Source of the DNA: Mobula hypostoma
Taxonomy: Eukaryota
Length of the DNA: 64,000 nucleotides
Assembly: GCF_963921235.1 (NCBI RefSeq)
Contig: NC_086118.1
Location: forward strand, 19,284,001 to 19,348,000
Direction of reading: 5' to 3'
Below are positions 61,405-64,000 of this stretch, in pieces. The notes under the pieces were generated by a model. The model had not been told where the DNA came from. It was given only the letters and a program-made list of their open reading frames with translations, and did no database searches. The position numbers and the translations under genes are program-made. Within the stretch, counting starts at the first letter, position 1. Each line of letters starts with the position of its first letter.

Positions 61405-63700
61405 CTCAGCTATCTAGTGTTGGAAGTGTACGAGTAATGCCACTATTCCATGCTTTAATCTGATAACCCATTGCTCCTCTACCTGATCTGTCCAGTACAC
61501 CAGCACAGGTCTTCAAGATGCAGGATGATGAATCGACATTGATACCAAACTGATCAAAGAACACTGACCAGGAAAGGTCATGGAGCATAGCATACATCAT
61601 GAAAGCATTCTCTCGTTGTCCTTTAGGATACACTTTAACCGAGCATATCTTGAAATTTAGTGCTAGATTGCTGTTACAAACCTCTGTGCATTAAGAGTCC
61701 ACAAATAGCAAAGTTTCTTCCTCTTCATCCCCGCAATGCTCTGTATGTGACCTGGAACCTTAGGTGTCCACGGAGGAGAACCAGATGTTGGGCTGTAACG
61801 TGGCTGTTGTCATTGCATTGAGCACACTTTAGTATGGCCTTGCAGTTAGCTGTGAGATGTGATCATGCTCTTTCAGGTAAGCATTTCACTCCTCATTGGT
61901 TTTTAACCTAAAGCCACTGCACTTTCATAATGGATGAAGTTTGTTATGGATAGGGCAATATTTAGCTTGGTTACCTTTAAGTGCAGATTCATCCTGAGCT
62001 GTCGGTTAGGAGACATTGGACCTATGTACTGACACAGGAGTCCTAATGCTTGTGTGCTTCAAAGGCGGCTCCTCAGTCCAAGAGGAGCTGTGGCTGGGAA
62101 GAGTGAAGCTGGGGTCTTTTCTTATTTTAGGTTGATAGCCGACGAAGTCAGTCAAGAAAGTTAGGCGGGACATGTGACTGCATTCTTCTTTTTATACTTT
62201 GAACCTTGATAAATCCATTTCTTTTGCAAAGAATGTGGCAGCTTTTCAACAATAGGACTAATACCGCAGGCACTGTCTATATAAGCTAAGCCAAGCAGAT
62301 AACAATCTTCCATTTGCTGAAAGCAGCTCCAGTAACAGATCTCCAAGTTTTCTTGACTTTAAGTTACCTTTATTTGAAATCTTTGGAAAACCTCCCAGCT
62401 TCTTAAATAGGCCACGTTCTACTACCTCTGTTGCATTGTGACATTCATTGAACCTGTCCCAGGTCATTCTTAAAGCTGCAGCTCGGTTGCTTATTTGAAC
62501 TGCTCTAAAACACTTAACATAGTCATTGATTCCTTACCAAGCTATTTTGACAGCAAGTCCAATTCCTCACCTTTATTAAAAGATGACTTCCGTGCTCTGT
62601 AACTTTCTGGGGCTATCATCAAAATATGATAGGCTGGTGCTCATGAGTTCTTTGTGTATCAGATACTTTGCCATATTCATCATGACTGAAGACTCCGAAC
62701 AGCTTTCAGGTAAACACACAACCAAGAGAAAATCTGCAGACACTGGAATTCCAAGCAACACACGGAAAATGCTGAAGGAACTCAGCAGGCCAGGCAGCAT
62801 CTATGGAAAAGAGTATAGTCGACTGAAATACCAGGCCTTCTGGGAAACTACTTTGTACTGAAGCTTGTTAAACTTTGGCTGTCAATGTGGATTGTTACTG
62901 TCAAATTTTGCCATTGTGACCTCTTTTAATTGTAGAAGAATGCCTTGTTTGATGCTGGACAGGTAAGTAAGAGTTACATAATATATATGAAGGATTCAGT
63001 ATTTCTGAGCTTTCTTTAAGTAATTTACTGGGTGGGGTGGGGGCGGGAGATAGAGATGACCATGACTACAGTGTACTGATGGCAAAATGTGAGAGGTAAA
63101 TTGAATAGAGTGTTGAGACCATTGATCCTGTCTTGTGCAGTAGGCAGACTCAGACTGCTGGCTAAGATATTTGGCTTAGTGCTTGACATAATCACTCACA
63201 TACTCATGTGTACCCTGTATTGTTGCTGGGTGTTTTTTCTATTGTAAAGCTCCTCACCCTCTTCCTCTTCCACGGCCTGCAATGTCTCTGCCTCAGCGAT
63301 AGTGGCTGCAGCCTCTTTTTGAAGGTGCAGGGCTTCCAAATGAGCCTCTAGCCCAAACAGATCTGTCTGTTTTAATGACAACCGCCATCTCTGCAAATGC
63401 GGCACATGCTCGTGCAACCTCTGCCTTCACTCTGGCTCGTGCTGCTGCAGCAACAACCGATGGTCCGCACAATCACAATGAACTCCGATGAGAACTGCTG
63501 TCCGACACTCTGTCTCGTGAGCTTTGTCTTTCCTGTGGCTTTGTGTGTTTTGAGTATCTCTCATCCATAATGCTTGTTATTCAGTTGTCGACTGTTTGTA
63601 TGCTGACTGACCACCTGCGTTTTCATCTTTTTACTCTACTACTCTCCGTGTGTGATGTCGGGAGTACACAATTCAGTTGTAACCAGCGTCCAAGCTGCAA
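61405..63700 (-). mobile_element. BEL/Pao LTR retrotransposon gag-protease remnant
   Basis: Minus strand AAAARARVKAEVARACAAFAE, FKKLGGFPKISNKG..RKLGDLLLELL, GISPIVEKLPHSLQKKW, CPIHNKLHPL*KC and ICSVKVYPKGQ..MYAMLHD. Confidence 0.75.
62715..62823 (-). mobile_element. Short PLE pseudo-LTR fragment inside the BEL gag
   Basis: AAAATCTGCAGACACTGGAATTCCAAGC...GGCAGCATCTATGGAAAAGAGTATAGTCGAC is homologous to the left arm of 63776-63963. Confidence 0.8.
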
Positions 63701-63775
63701 GTGCTTTATTTGGGCAGAGCACACACATAAAATTGAGTAAGAGTAAAACTGAGAACAAACCAGAAAAATGCCATA

Positions 63776-63963
63776 CACAAGAGAAAATCTGTAGATGCTG
63801 GAAATCCAAGTTATACACACAAAACGCTGGAGGAACTCAGCAGGCCAGGCAGCATCTATGGAAAAAAGTATGGTCGATGTTTCAGCCCAAAACATCGACT
63901 GTACTTTTTTCCATAGATGCTGCCTGGCCTGCTGAGTTCCTCCAGCGTTTTGTGTGTGTTGCT
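63776..63963. mobile_element. PLE pseudo-LTR-derived fold-back element with a 15-bp TSD
   Basis: Inverted arms at ~63814-63882 and ~63890-63958. CAGAAAAATGCCATA (63761-63775) versus CAGAAAAATACCATA (63964-63978). Confidence 0.9.
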
Positions 63964-64000
63964 CAGAAAAATACCATAAGTGCTTAATGCAGCAAACTTA

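Larger units (their letters stand above)
54030..61405 (+). mobile_element. Rex1/Babar-type LINE (54030-54418 plus 59286-61405) split by a CR1
   Basis: LANVQSPENKIEDLRVRL...FYLPREFS before the CR1. It resumes AISKQETDYPD.., then HQFVYHHNRSKADVISLALHSTLE..MLFIDHSLAFNTI (ORF 60397-60972) and LNVSKTKEMIIDFRR. Confidence 0.8.

Overview
Eukaryotic, repeat-dense, apparently intronic or intergenic DNA. No intact host gene was recognised. The repeat repertoire suggests a vertebrate, most likely a cartilaginous fish such as a ray (inference): CR1 LINEs with microsatellite tails, Rex1/Babar-type LINEs, V-SINE/DeuSINE-like SINEs, Penelope-like elements (PLEs), Tc1/mariner, piggyBac, Gypsy, BEL/Pao and (TTAGGG)n. 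Nearly all ORFs in the track are transposon fragments or low-complexity artefacts. Main points: (1) a ~625-bp cassette, CCTAACCCTAA + ~320 bp unique + 48 in-phase TTAGGG-type units, has chromosome-end polarity on both sides and abuts the 5' truncation point of a HERO-like RLE retrotransposon; (2) two HERO-like copies have identical tail-less 3' ends; (3) PLE-derived fold-back elements carry 14-15 bp target-site duplications (TSDs) and minimal hammerhead ribozymes; (4) an RT-less Gypsy element has a tRNA-Leu primer site; (5) a piggyBac with intact ends is disrupted by a PLE; (6) a multi-TIR mariner fold-back; (7) an unexplained frame-preserving 84-bp repeat. Family names come from recognising motifs by eye, not from database searches. 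Boundaries of old repeats are approximate.
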